DNA of 45,971 nucleotides from Conidiobolus incongruus B7586 (Eukaryota): NCBI GenBank assembly GCA_000697335.1, contig JNEM01007126.1, positions 1 through 45,971 on the forward strand. Direction: 5' to 3'. The position numbers were made by a program, and so were the translations under genes. Each line of letters starts with the position of its first letter. The first letter of the stretch is position 1. Of this stretch, positions 11,180-25,218 are shown one piece after another. The notes beneath the pieces were generated by a model. The model did no database searches. It was given only the letters and a program-made list of their open reading frames with translations, and was not told the DNA's origin.

Positions 11180-12478
11180 TTAAAATTATTGGTAGAAGAA
11201 ATTACAAAAAATTAAATTAAAAATATCTTCTTATGAAATGTTAGTATAGAATATGAATATTTATAAAATGAATAATATTAACACAAATTAGAAAACTTAA
11301 GAACTTTTATAAACAAAATTATTTAATTTTACCATTTAATATATGAGACTATAAAAGCTCCTGATGTGGATTTGATTTATTTGAATTATAAATTGGTTCT
11401 CTTTGTGGGATAATTAATTATTTGAGTTTCGGACGATCTTGTTTTTAATTAACCAATCAAATACAATGACATGATTATTTTAAATATGTTAAATGTGAGA
11501 ATTTTTTGAAATTGTTAATCCATTTTGGAAAGTAGTACAAAGTTGGTTAGGTATTTGTATTTACATTATTATTAATTTGTTAATGTAATCTATAATTAAA
11601 ATAATTATTGAAGATTTTTGATATATTAGTAATTGACAAAATAATGAATTCATAAAAGCTTGATAATAATAGTTGAAAATATTTATTTCTTAATTCTTAC
11701 TAATTTTATTTTATGACTTTAAAATGATTTTTATGTTTAAATTTAAATCTTAATTTTTTGTTCAAAATATCTAAAAATTTTTGAATAAAATTGTGTTCAA
11801 ACTCATTGGATCCAGTATTATTAGAAATTATTCTTTTGATAAATATTAGATATTTTTTGTGATAAACAATGAATCAATTAAATGTATAATCTATAATTTG
11901 ATCATTGTAATAGTTATAATATTCTGTTTAAAATGAGTATTTTTCACTTAATATTAAAATAATTAAAAAATTTCGGATTGAAATGATTCATAATTATCTA
12001 AAAATATTTCAATATATCAACTAATATATAATTATGCTAAAACATAAAATAAACAATAAGTTCAACTATATATTTAAACTAATTATACTACAAAGTGTTT
12101 TCTTAATTCTATCCCACTTTCAAGCTAAAAATTCTAAACGATTAAGAAAAGTTGTTTAATCTGGTAATTGATAATAGTTTATCCACTCTATCATATTTTT
12201 AACTAATATAATTCAAAAAAGCTATTAAAGTTCTTGTTAAATTGACAAGGCAAATATTTTGGATATATTACTGAATTCTATATGAATTATGATTTTTCGA
12301 GGATAGTTAAATTGTCTAAAAAAACTGAAAGGTGTGATTTGAGTTAGTCAGCTATTAAAATTGGGATGAAGTTAAATATATGCGATTGTTTTAAAAGTTT
12401 TGACTTTAAAATTAAATCCATATATTATAAAAATAATTTATGGTTATAATTCATTGACTAGTATAAATTATTGATCGT

Positions 12479-13490
12479 TACTATCCTCAAATTAAACTTT
12501 ATAATAAAGTATATTTTCAGGCACCTGGCATTCACAATATTTATTAAGAGATATGTGATAATAAGGATGGTTACATGCTCTTTATTTATATCGGTAAGCA
12601 CATTCAACATTTCATCATTTAATATACTTATTCATCGTTTTCAAAGGATATGGAATTGGTGACTGCCGCATAACAGGCAATATTTCGACCCCAAAGCTTA
12701 TCGTATCCTCCTCTTTGACCAAAGCGGAACTAGAAGAAGTACACCATTCCTCAGTCACGAACAAAATTCTACCTAGGATTTAGTTGAAAGCATTGGAAAA
12801 CTTTGTAAATGTTTAAATGCTGAAAAGGGGCTCTTATTCGGAGGTATCTGGGGATCTACATTAGCTTTAGCATACGCTCAAATCCATCCCGAGAGAGTGT
12901 CAGCAATCATCATTCAAAATATTTCCTTATCTACCAAAGAAGATTTCCAATGGTACCACAAGCCGGGAACTGATTTCCTATTCCCAGGCCATTGAGGGTA
13001 TTTAGTCGGCGACATTCCCTGAGATGGGTATCATGATATTATCGAAGCTTTTTACAAGAGAATGACGAGTAGTGATGGGGAGGACAAGGTCAAATTCGCT
13101 CGCAATTGGTCGACTTGGAGCTTAGTCACACTCAGATTGCATCCTGACCAAGGTCTTATTCAAATGGCACCAGACGCCGATTGGGCTTCTTGTTTGAGTC
13201 TTATCGAGGTTTATTACGGGAAGCACTAATGTTTTTTAAAGCATCCCAACCAATTGCTCGACAATGCTAAAATCATTGTTGAACATAAGATTCCTACAAC
13301 TATTGTCAATGGTAGATACGATGCAATCTGCCATTCAAATCGGCTTGGGAACTCTATAAGTGCATTCCCCACTCTGACTTAATTATTGCGGAAGGCTCTG
13401 GCCACTTTGCCGATGAAGTTGACATTTCCAAGGAATTGATATATCTTGAAATAAATAACGATAACAATCACAAGGTTCAAAATAAAAATG
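12479..13490 (+). pseudogene. pip: Proline iminopeptidase pseudogene (copy A)
   Basis: Colinear with 15355-16382 (YPQIKLYN, YFDPKAYRILLFDQ, GGIWGSTLALAYAQ, FLKHPNQLLD, GRYDAIC). Stops at 12545, 12774, 12993 and 13227; 1-nt deletion near 13331; nucleophile motif GGSWG changed to GGIWG; same intron position (GTAAGC near 12594). Confidence 0.9.
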
Positions 13491-14272
13491 AAATTGAGTT
13501 TTATATGATTTCTACTCATTCCAACTATAATCATAGCATTTAATGGTGTAATTATTTCCCAAGTTTCAATAATTACCTAATTCATTCATACAAACAAACA
13601 TTTCTATTGTTTTTTGGAATTTTTTATTACAAAATATACAACCAATAAAAATCTCTTATTAAAATATTTCAAAAGTTCGATTCATAACTTTATGGCTGCT
13701 TTTTTTGCTTTATTGAATTTTTGAATTAACAAAATATTTGGAACTTTATTTAATATATTTCCCTAGAATTTTAAAATTTATTATTATCCTAAAAATTGAA
13801 TTGATTCTGGTGATATTTAATAAAATATCAGATTTTACAAAATTCAATGATAATTATAATGATATTATTTTTTTTCTTTACTATATGGGATTGGAATTGA
13901 TGAATTGACAATTCAAGTATAATAAAAATTTAAACTAAATCAATCCATAATTGATTTTGGAATATTCAAGTATTTAGATATTAATTCTTGATAATTTTAA
14001 AAGTCTGACTTCAAAGGTATAATGGACTACAAAAAACAATTATTTCATCATACCTTTATTAGTACATGTAATCCTAGGTTTTAAGTTATTGTTTATCAGA
14101 ATTTAGCATTGTCAATAAAAAATTATAAAGATACAAATTAATAAGGGATTATTTTTGGTTCAATTTATATTTGCAAAAATTAATATTTTTCTGCAATTTA
14201 TTTCATATTATTTTAGAATAGTTATAAATACAAATTATTAGCACTAGAGGTAATTAAAATTACTATTCGATT

Positions 14273-15004
14273 TTGACTACAGAATCATTAACTCACATTA
14301 TCTTAATCAGCTCTATTGCTTCTGAATTGTCATCCTCAGCGCTAAACAAACGTATTTACGGCAGCAAACACTCAAAAAGCTACTTATTCTTAGCAGCAAT
14401 CCAAAAATGTAAAAATATCTGAAATGGGACATTGATAGGACCATTCACGGTAATTAGTTCATCATTCTGCTTCAATGACAATTTCACAAAGAATACCACT
14501 GTGGAAATCAATCCATCCAATTTGATTAAGACAGGTATAAGTGCCCAAGTTACAAAAATTAATAATTGCCGTGTTCGGTAATACTAAATCTTTGTGAATA
14601 ATATATTTATTTTGAAATCGATAAAGTCGCCAAAAGTGAAGTCAGCCACGGCGGATACAGCCGAAATTCGAGACAAAATCGGCTTTATGGGTATAACTGT
14701 TGAGTTGGGATACAAAAACTTTAAAAAGCCACCGAGAAATCAACGTCAAGGTTGCAAGTTGCATATTATTGCAAATGAAAATTGTGAATCTGATTCCTGG
14801 GAATAGAAACCCATATTCAGGATATATACATCTGGTCACTATGTTTTTGTAGTGCCATGTATATGGGATAAAGGAGCTCCACTGTTCGTTAATCAAGTTT
14901 TGATAGGAATATTTTCGTAGAATAATAACTATCAGAGTTTAAGATTGTCTCACTTTACTCGGATTTATAATTATCTTTAATGGATACAACAGAATAAAAA
15001 TTAA
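14273..15004 (+). pseudogene. Trypsin-like (S1) serine protease homolog, non-catalytic and pseudogenised
   Basis: One frame, no introns: hydrophobic leader, KR-IYG at 14348-14362, I*NGTLIGPFTVISSSFC (cf. CGGTLI...TAAHC), NNIFILK (cf. NDIAILKL), PCIWDKGAPLFVNQVLIGIFS* (cf. CQGDSGGPL...LVGIVSWG), FTRIYNYL*WIQ (cf. YTRVSxYxDWI). Stops at 14420, 14579, 14585, 14804, 14918 and 14978. Confidence 0.8.
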
Positions 15005-15354
15005 ATTGAAATTCATCCACATTAATAATAATAATATTAATAAAATCTAAAAATTTATAAACTTAATATTTCCACTCAATACAATTTTATAACCTTTTAA
15101 TACAATTGTAAACATTTTTTGTTATTTCAAACTCTGATTATATTGAAAAGGTATTTAATATTAAAAAACATGGGAGTAATTAGTGATTAAATCTAGCTAA
15201 AATTAAATATTGATGATGTAACCAATTTTAAAAACTTGTGACTCTCAATTTTAAAATGAGTCACATCACTTACAAATAATTGGTATAAATTGAGTTTAAT
15301 CCAAATTACTCTTAAATGATAACAGTCAATTCAATTAAATAAAAATAAGATAAT

Positions 15355-16382
15355 ATGAGTAATAATTTGTATCCCAATATTGAACCCTACAATACCGGGT
15401 TCCTAAAAGTATCAAACGTGCATACTATTTATTATGAAGAGTGCGGTAACAAGGATGGGATTCCCGCTTTGTTTTTACATGGGTAAGTGAATTATATATT
15501 TATATTTATATCTGGTATAATTAACTTAAGGCTGTTAGGGGTCCCGGCTGCGGTATCGAACCACGAGACAGAAAGTATTGGGACCCTCAAGCTTACCGTA
15601 TTATCCTTTTTGACCAGCGCGGATCAGGGAAAAGTACACCGTTTTTATGCTTAGAAGAGAATACTACTTGGGATATTGTTGAGGATATGGAGAAGTTGAG
15701 GAAGGAGCTGAACGTGGAGAAGTGGCAGTTGTTAGGTGGTAGTTGGGGATCTACTTTAGCATTAGCATACGCTCAAACCTATCCAGAACGAGTTTCGTCG
15801 TTGGTTATTCAGGGGATTTTTCTGTCAACTAAAGAGCAAGGCGAATGGTACCACCAAAAGGGTGCTAACTATCTGTTCCCAGATTATTGGGACCGCTTGA
15901 TCGAGGACATCCCTGAAAATGAACACAACGATATTTTGGGAGCTTACTACAAACGTATGACCACCGGTACTGAACAAGAGAAACTCAAATTCGCTAGAAA
16001 GTGGGCTGCTTGGGAATCTTCCACATTGAGGCTACATCCGGACCTCGATTTGATTAAAAAAGCTGCGACTGAGGATTGGGCTCTATCGTTGGGATTGATT
16101 GAAATTCATTACCTCAAGCATAACTGTTTCTTAAAGCATCCCAATCAACTTCTCGATGGTACTAAAATCATTATAGATCACAAAATTCCAACCACTATTA
16201 TCAATGGTCGCTACGACGTCATCTGCCCATTGAAGTCAGCTTGGGAACTTTATAAACGCATCCCCCACGCGGATTTCTTTATCGTTACCGACGCTGGACA
16301 CCTGGCTGACGAACCTAATATTGCTATTAAATTGAAGGAGGCTTGCGATAAGTATAAGGTGGAATTGAAAGGACAGAAATAA
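15355..16382 (+). CDS. pip: Proline iminopeptidase (peptidase S33, alpha/beta hydrolase), intact copy B
   Basis: Exons 15355-15482 and 15539-16382 (972 nt, 323 aa). Motifs LYPNIEPY, HGGPG (split by the intron), FDQRGSGKSTP, GGSWG nucleophile, GRYD catalytic Asp, AGH catalytic His. Confidence 0.95.
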
Positions 16383-17423
16383 CAAATCAAATATATCCAC
16401 CATTCTTGTGTATTTTGAACTTATAACTGTTTAAATTACTATATATCAATTTGTGAAATTTCAAATATATAAATGATATATTGACTATATTTTAGAATAG
16501 AACAGAAATTTGCAAAAATTTTTGAGGATGTAGTATTGAATATTTAATTCAATATATTATATTAGAATTTTGACAATGATATATTCAATTGATAAATATT
16601 GATTAATAGAATAAGTATTATTAATGATTCTAAATAATATTAATATTCATCACTTTAGTAAGCGGAATGCAATATATTACTTGAATTCATATTAACCAAC
16701 GTGAAGTTATAAAACATTATTTACAGTATTGAAAAATGAATAGGAAATAAATATTAGACACTTGAAATATATTATATGGTATAAACATCATTAATAGTTA
16801 GCTCTGAATATATTCGATTTTTTAATGATACTGATTATAAATATTCAAAACTGCACAATTTGTACATGACATTAAAATAATTCATTGAATTTAAATATTA
16901 TAAGAAATGTATGATAACAAAAAAATTCATTTAATTTGTATCTATAGTAATCAAATTATATAATTTGATAAATTCTATGATATAATAAAGTACCATTTAA
17001 TTATTATTATTATTATTATTACTGTTATTTAAACATACACAATTTTGGAAAGAAATATTACTTAAATTTATAAATTTTATAAATTTCACAAATTTTGAAT
17101 TAATATTTAATATATTTTGAAATGGTTTTATCCTCACATTGTTTTAATATAATTATAATGACAAAAATAATATTTAAAATAAACAAGATTTTTAAACTAT
17201 TTATTCAAAATATTCAATATTATTTGATATTTTATCAAAACTGGATTCAATTTAATAAAATTTAAAATGAAGCAAATTATTTCATATAACCTGTCTACAT
17301 TTATGGAAATGATGAAAGTATAAAGAATGAAATCTTGTGATATAAAAGGGAATAGATAACTTTCAAATAATAAAATGTAGTATTTCTATCATTAAACACT
17401 GAAATCGATTGTAAATGAATATA

Positions 17424-18445
17424 ATGGAACATTTATATCCAGATATTGAACTCTATTAAATAGGATTCTTGCAAGGGTCGAACGTTCACAAAATTTATTA
17501 TGAAGAATACAGCAATAAGGATGGAATTCCAGCTTTGTTCCTTCATAGGTATGTCCCAAACTGCAAATATTTGTAGATTTCATTCACAGTTAGCAAGCAG
17601 TCCAGGATTGGACATCAAGCCTAGAGATAGAAGTTATTGGGATCCGGAAGCGTACCGTATTATTCTCTTCGACCAGAGGTGCGCGGGTAAAAAAAACCGG
17701 CATTATGTTTGGCGGACAATACCACTTGGGATATTGTGGAAGGTATGAAAGATTCAGAAGAGAACTGAATGTGGACAAATGGGTCCTACTTGGAGGTAGC
17801 TTTGGGTCTAATTTGGTTCTAGTATATGCTCAAATATATCCTGACAGAGTTTCCACTCTCGTGGTTCAGGGTGTCTTCTTAGGCACAAAAGACGAGATTG
17901 ACTGGTATCACCAAAAAGGAGCAAACTATTTGTTCCCAGACCAATAGGATCCATTAGTCGAAGCCATTCCGCAAGAAGAGCGTCATGATATCTTGGGAGC
18001 TTATTACAGGCGGATGATGACCGGTACTGAGGATGAAAAACTCAAATTTGCTCGTAAGTAGGCCTCTTGGGAAGCTTCCACTCTACGATTATATACTGAT
18101 CCAGATTTGATCATAAGTGTTACAACAGAAGATTGGGCATTATCCTATGGACTCATTGAAATTCACTATCTAAAGCACAACTGTTTCTTAAAGCATCCCA
18201 ATCAACTTCTCGATGGTACCAAAACCATTGTGGATCACAAACTTCCAATTATTATTATCAATGGATGCTACGATGCCATCTGTCCATTAAAGTCAGCTTG
18301 GAACCTTCATAAGCGCATCCCTCAAGCCGGTTTAAATATTATTGACAATGCTGGGCATTTATCTGACCAGCCAAGTATCGTTGTTAAATTGAGAGGAACT
18401 TGTAATAAGTATGAGGAGAAATTTAAGTTACAGAAATTATTTTAA
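17424..18445 (+). pseudogene. pip: Proline iminopeptidase pseudogene (copy C)
   Basis: MEHLYPDIELY* (TAA 17457); same intron (GTATGT at 17549); HGGPG degraded; two frameshifts at ~17690-17750; Trp codons turned to TAG at 17945 and 18059; C-terminus close to copy B (HYLKHNCFLKHPNQLLDGTK). Confidence 0.92.
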
Positions 18446-18871
18446 AGTGAATATACCCAATATTAAATGGGTCAAAATAAAATGCTAACTACTATTTATT
18501 AATCATAATATTAACAATCATTCAATGATTTAAATCTAAAATAACATCATAATTTATCCCAAAATTTTATTGTTATAATTATATTAGTCTATTTTTAATT
18601 AATAGTAGAAAAATGTTTAACCATTTTGAAATTGTTATCAATTCATATTACAAGAATAACAAGTTTAGTTAATATATATTATCAATCAATTATTAATCAG
18701 ACAAATTCTATATGAAAATCGAATATATACTATTTAGAAATATTAAATATAAGTTTTGATTTTCAAAAATATATATATAATGGCAAAAATTATATAAATA
18801 AATATATTGTATAAAATTCATTGCGATCTCGAAATTAAAATCTAATGATATTTTAGCACTTATGGTAAAAG

Positions 18872-20352
18872 CTAATTCAATAAATGTCTCTTAATATAGT
18901 CATTTACGAACATTCCAGAAGGATCTAAGGTTTCTCGAATCTTTAAAAACGTATCCAACTTGGGGTAAACCTTTCTCAAATCGGCTTGAGTGAATGGGTG
19001 AGCTTTGGCCCAGTGGGGACGGCCACCCAAATTCGTCATAACTTGTTCGAAGCGATCCCAGTATGCTCGATGCTCGATGAACTTGCCGAAAGGGCGGTAC
19101 GAAATGATGCCAATGTAGCATGAGACTTGGCCGTAAGAGTTGGATAATAAAATATCATCGTTTTGAACAAATCTGACTTCGACCGGAAAGTGCGCTTTGA
19201 AATTGATACGAGTGTCATTGAAAAAGATTTCAAGGGCTTCTAATGCTCGTTGGGTATTTTCGATGGGGATACTCCATTCTGATACGAATTGGGAAAACAG
19301 ACAGTCGAAGGTGAAAATGTCGTGAGCATTACCCTCGCGAATGAGGGTGCGGTCGAAGTAGTTGCGAAAGTAGAATGTGTTGATGTAGGGGACTAGGCTT
19401 GGGAAGTACGAGCCCATATAAAGTAGGAATTCGTACACGTTCACACGCATGAAGCGCTCCCAAACTTTGGAGAGCCAGGATTGATGATTAATGATGTCTA
19501 GAGTAGGATCTCTCTTAGCGACACGACTAGCCTTCCAAATGAAGCAATTGTGAGGTTTTGGTAATACGTGGGGAAACCACCAAAAACGAACATGTTCACC
19601 ACTCTTCAAAACTTCATCCAAGTTATTCAAGATGAATTTCAAGGAGGCTGGATACTGGACAGATCTCAACGTATATTTGGGTTCTACTTTCAATACCACT
19701 TCAGTTACAATACCTAAACATCCCAAATTCAACAACATAGCATTAAACAAATCCTTATCATCATCATTCCATTTCGCTGTCTTCTTGTCACAATTCGAAG
19801 TAATGAAGGTAATCTCCCTCACATGTGTGGAAAAGATCCCGTAGTTGAGACCTGTTCCATGGACTCCTGTAGCAATTGCACCAGCCACAGATTGCTTCGA
19901 CACGGATCCCATATTATTTAAAGCAAATCCCAATTCGTCCAATTGTCTGCATAACTCTTCCAAAGTGATACCTGCTTGAACTCTTACTAAACCTTCATCT
20001 CTATCTACAATCTATTGATTTGTTAATCATGATATCTGTATTGTTATTCAAACTATTTACTTCTAAAACTTTGTTCAAATTAGATAAATTAATCATGATA
20101 TCGTTCGTACACACAATATCACTGGGACTTAAACCACCTCCAACAGCTCTCACCCTCAAATTTAAATCTTTTGCAATTTGCAATATCTATCAAACTTATT
20201 ATTAATATATTCAAGTAATATATTTATCTAGTATTTACAGTGATTATTTGAGTTTCTTCCTTAGGAAAGTAAGTGTTCTTGGGTATACAGCTGTAAGTTT
20301 TACTCCAGTTTACATAAAGTTGATTAATTTTGGTTGGTATATTAGAAACCAT
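18872..20352 (-). CDS. ALO1: Aldonolactone oxidoreductase (D-arabinono-1,4-lactone / L-gulonolactone oxidase family)
   Basis: Exons 20352-20239, 20186-20061 and 20011-18872 (1380 nt, 459 aa). Motifs NWSKTYSC, RAVGGGLSPSDI, NMGSVSKQSVAGAIATGVHG, VRFWWFPH, VSEWSIP, HFPVEVRF, GGRPHWAK, LDPSGMF. Confidence 0.93.
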
Positions 20353-23300
20353 TTTTTAGCATTAAAATTTTTTTATTATTTATATTTTTCCAAGTTTCAA
20401 GATGACAAAATGATTTTAATCCATAATTTTTATGTTTTTTTGACGTATGAAAATTTTATTATGGGAATTTTCTCGAAGATTAAATTCAGGTTGTAAGAAT
20501 AATTTGATATTTTAATTTAACTATTCAGGTATTAAGAAATATTCTGAAGTGTATGTATTCTTGACAACAGAAAAAAATAAATATATAACCTAATAATAGT
20601 GTAAAACCTTTATTGATTCAATTAAATTTAACAAAACATATGTGAATATTTATTTTGTCAACTAAAATGCTCAAAATTTTATTCAATTTGATAAATACAA
20701 TAAATAAAACATTAAGGAAAGGGAGTAAAAATTTTACATTACTTCATGTTTATCTCATATCTCAATTGATTTCAACAAACATTTTAATAATAATCAGAAT
20801 CAAAATAAACATTGTAATGAAAATAAACATCTTCCTTTACATCGCCCTACATTCTCGTGACACTGATTGGCAAGGGCTCCATTCGATGCCTAGTAGGCAA
20901 ACTGTGCTATAGAGCTAAAGCAAGAACGCTCATAGTGCCAAAAGGGAATCCACATCAATTTTTTTGAAGTATTATATTATCCTGACCATATTAAAATGAC
21001 ATATCTAAACTCTAATTCTTAAAAGGATAAAAATTTATATAGAGCATACCCTGGTAAGTCTATCAAATTATCAGATTTAAAATATTTTGATATTTTTATG
21101 CTTAATAAAATTTGAAATAAATGTTTAGATAATTTTATAATGATTATGATTTTCATTATTAAATATCATTTTGGTATGTAAATGATTATTCTGGAATTTG
21201 AAGTAACCCAAACTGTTCTTTATTTTTTTTCACTATCCCTTCAACAACTCAAATGTGATTGATAGTAAGGAATGCTAATAACTTAGTTCAAATATGAAAT
21301 TTATAAATAAATTATCATAATCAATCTATATTATTAAAGACACAATAATAATAAAATAACCTGGGTTCAATTTTTTCATCAACCCAGAGATTTTAATGAA
21401 AATTATATTTATTAATCACTCTGATTGATCCAATATGTTCCAGAAAAAAAATTATATCATACATCCAGCACTGATTAATATGAAAACCCTATATCAATTT
21501 ATTTGATATATCAAACTTGATATACAATGTTAACCATTATGCTATACATATGTTAATTTATTTTAATAGAAAACTTCAAACATATATGTAATTTATAAAT
21601 TAGAAAGTAACATATTTAGAAAATAATACTACGTTTAAAGTTTACCATCTGTACCCCCTAGAAAGGCCTGTTTAATTCCATGTCAGTTCCTATTTCACCA
21701 TCAAACTAATTATTTGAAAAATTGACCTGAGCTACATAATTTAAAAATATTGGCAAAATTGTTTTTTTGAATATAATTATATATCAAAAAGAATTAAATA
21801 TAATTTGAATCAAACTATTTTAAATTTAAAGTTCAATGTATAAATCATATTTTTTAATGAAAAATTACTTATAAATTCTATTTAATTCATGAGCTTATAA
21901 ATCTAATAAGCTTTATATTGATCTATTATCAATTTTAAAAATTTAGTATTTTAAATTTGTAATTTATACTTAATAAATATCATTAAGAATTAATTATTAG
22001 ATATTCTATAATGATCTAAGTATTTTGTTAAATAATTTTGAAATAATTAAATATATATTAAAGAAGTATGATAGTATTATATATATATATATATATGTTT
22101 ATTTAAAATTGAATATTAATTTTATTTAATATAGACTTATTTTTGATAATAATTTAATTAAATAATTCCAAATATAGTATATAATGGAATATATAAGTTC
22201 AAATTTTATTAAATAATTAAATATGCTAATAACTTTAATGCCCTTAATATATTATAGACTTAATTTGTATATCTTTATAATATTATGATATATTAATTTT
22301 TATCAAATTTTTTTGGATAATTATCAATAAAATATTAAAATTACATAATAATAACCTTACTTTTAATAGAATTTATTATTTTTTAACATTATTTTCTTTG
22401 TTTTGTACAAATCTTACTAAAAATTTGGAAACTATTACTTTAAAATAAATAAGATTATGAAGTTTTTAAGATAATTATAATAAAATATTTTCAAGTATCT
22501 GATACTTTGTGTATTGGTTATGCTAAGTTTTTTGAAAAAAATATAGCCTTGACTAAGTTTTAAATTATGAATTATACCAATTTATTGATATTTGTAAGAT
22601 TTAATTCATTGCTGAATAATTTCAAATATAGTAATGCTAGATTAACATCGAAAAGATGTTTATTTTATGAAGTTTGTGCAAATATATTTAATACCATAAA
22701 AGAATTAATGGTTTATTTCAAATTAAATATTTTTAGTGAATATAAAAGTATTTGAAAGTATATAACTAATATTAATATTTCAAATATCTAACAATTTTAA
22801 TCAAAGTGCAAAAATTTCACCATATTTCCAATCCAGGTATATTACTATTCTATAATACAAGATAATAATTTTTATAATTTAATCATATCATTTTTGCAAC
22901 ATTCTACAGAATATTTAATTTAAATTTTTTATGTGTTATATTTCATTTTCTACCAGCCTGTAATGTAGTAATATAACTTTGATTTTAAATAATAAAACAC
23001 ATTTCTTTGAAAAAAAAAATACTTGTATATTTTTTGAAAGATATTAGACAATATGAAATAAAATATTTCAAAACTCAAGTATATTGAAACATTCACAATT
23101 GAGAGTAGCTTGTAAGAGGTTCTTAGATATTTAAAGCAGCTTGATTTATATATAATTGTATTATGTTAGTATTCATTGATTTGAATTAATTTCCAAGATT
23201 TTATCATTTAACAAGATTGCTCAATCACTCCTATTATATCACTTATATCAGGAGTTGTTATTATTAATTAAAATATTATACCATTGATTTTCAATTAATC

Positions 23301-25218
23301 AACTATACAATGAGTTATTGTTGATTCAGAGTAGTATAAATTTGATACTCATAGTTAATTTTAAATATTAGCATATTTATATTGATTTAAATGTTCTTAT
23401 CTTGAATTTGAGCTTTTTTTATCAAATCAGCTTCAATATCAATTATTAATATCAGTTAAAGTATTAATACTCCATACAAAATATAATCTAAAAGAATCAA
23501 GTTTTTAATAAAATGCCCTTCGGTATATTCCTACAGAATTCTTTTAATATTGATATTAATCAAACAAAATTAAAAAAATTCATTTATAACAAATTATGTG
23601 AAATTATAAAATCAATGTATCAATATATTCTTTAGTTTTATTATATCAGTTTTAATTTTAACTGAATTATTATCAAATTTGATCCAAATATGAGAGACTA
23701 TTAATAGATGAAAAGGTGAAATTAATTTAAAATTAGAAATATTTCACGCGATTTTATCCATTTCAACTATTCAGCTTGTATTATAGAATATTTTTGCAAC
23801 TTGGCGAATATTTAACCTTGAAAGAATTTTCTTCATCCCTTGAAATATTACAAATACTTAGATAAAATTATATATTATGTTATTTTAATTTCTACTTGAT
23901 TTAGATAAAATGAACTTATAAAATTATAACGTTGATAAGTTTGGTATTTAGTAAAATAGAAATCATTCAGAATAAATATTGATAAAAATATGATTAATAT
24001 TAATAACAATATTTAATATATCATTGAAATATAACTTATTAATATTGAACATGATCAAGTGCGGGTATACTTTCCATTTTAGTGTTAAACGCCGGAAATA
24101 ACATTACCATTAATAGTCGAAATCAATATTTATGCTACCATTTTCAATTACTTGCGAATTGCAAACTTAAAACTCTAATTTATGCTTATTAATAAAACAT
24201 CGCTGTATTACCCTTAAGTTTGCTGTCAAATATGGTTAATATAAAGGAGTACTACAATTAAAATATTATTCAAATATTCAGACAATTAAGCTTGTATTTT
24301 CCGTAATGTAATTAAAATGTGTTGCAAATTTGAATACCAATAAATTATAATTATATCAAAGGATAATTTTGATATAATTGCTCATATGTCAAATAATCAA
24401 TTAGATGATATATAAATACAATTGATTTTTATAAGTTATAATTGATTGAATACGAATTTAGAAATGATTAATAAATTAGGAAATATAAGTTATCAATGGA
24501 AAACTAGATTTACATTATAAAAAATATTTTAATATTGATATTAATATTAACGCAGCTTTATCAGAATGAACTGAATGAATGAATTATCTAGAAATGACTT
24601 AAAATCAATATAAAATATATTCAGTGTATTTTAAGGATTTACTTTTCTTGTTTATTTTTGTATTAAAATAAAAGTAGTGGTTGAATTGAATCACTATTAG
24701 AGTGAATTCAAGTTTTTAGTTACTCGCATTTTTAATAAATACAGAAGGGTGGCAAATTAATTTATATTTATTCAGAAAGTAAAGTATTTTGAATAAACAT
24801 CGAACTCTTGGGTTTAATACAATTAATAATTCTATCAAGGTAAATAGCTCATAAATTTGATTTGAAAAGATGTTCCTGATGTATTTAATAAGGTATAAAC
24901 CAGTGTATATATTTTAAAATTGATAAAAATATGTAATAAATGAATTATAATTGTTATAAATGTTATAATGATGAAAAACAATAAAAATTTTGTATTAAAC
25001 TTGAATAATCATTGGCTTACTTATACCTTAATTTGGATAAATTAGGAATTGAATAAATGTTAAAATATTCCGATCGTTGAATTTTTTTATTTATTTTGAC
25101 ATATTATAGAATAGTATAAAATAGCATTCATTTTCCAAGTTGAACTATAGTTTTTTGTGATTTAATTTTTGATACTTGTTTATATGCGTATATGTGTATA
25201 TTTTAATTGTTTATATTA

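Noticed and set aside
14642..14896. 84-aa minus-strand ORF
   Set aside because: Antisense to the trypsin-like pseudogene, whose motifs are on the plus strand.
12479..18445. Idea that recurrent TAG/TGA at Trp positions reflect A-to-I restorative editing or an alternative genetic code
   Set aside because: The same copies carry frameshifts and damaged catalytic motifs, and intact genes use TGG for Trp and normal stops. G>A decay explains the pattern.
18900..20496. Small alternative-frame and antisense ORFs across ALO1
   Set aside because: Explained by overlap with the ALO1 coding sequence; 20001-20183 is simply exon 2 read into the intron.
22400..24100. Possible decayed F-box/LRR-like gene including the 62-aa ORF at 22567-22755
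   Set aside because: No motif could be pinned down; indistinguishable by eye from AT-rich background.
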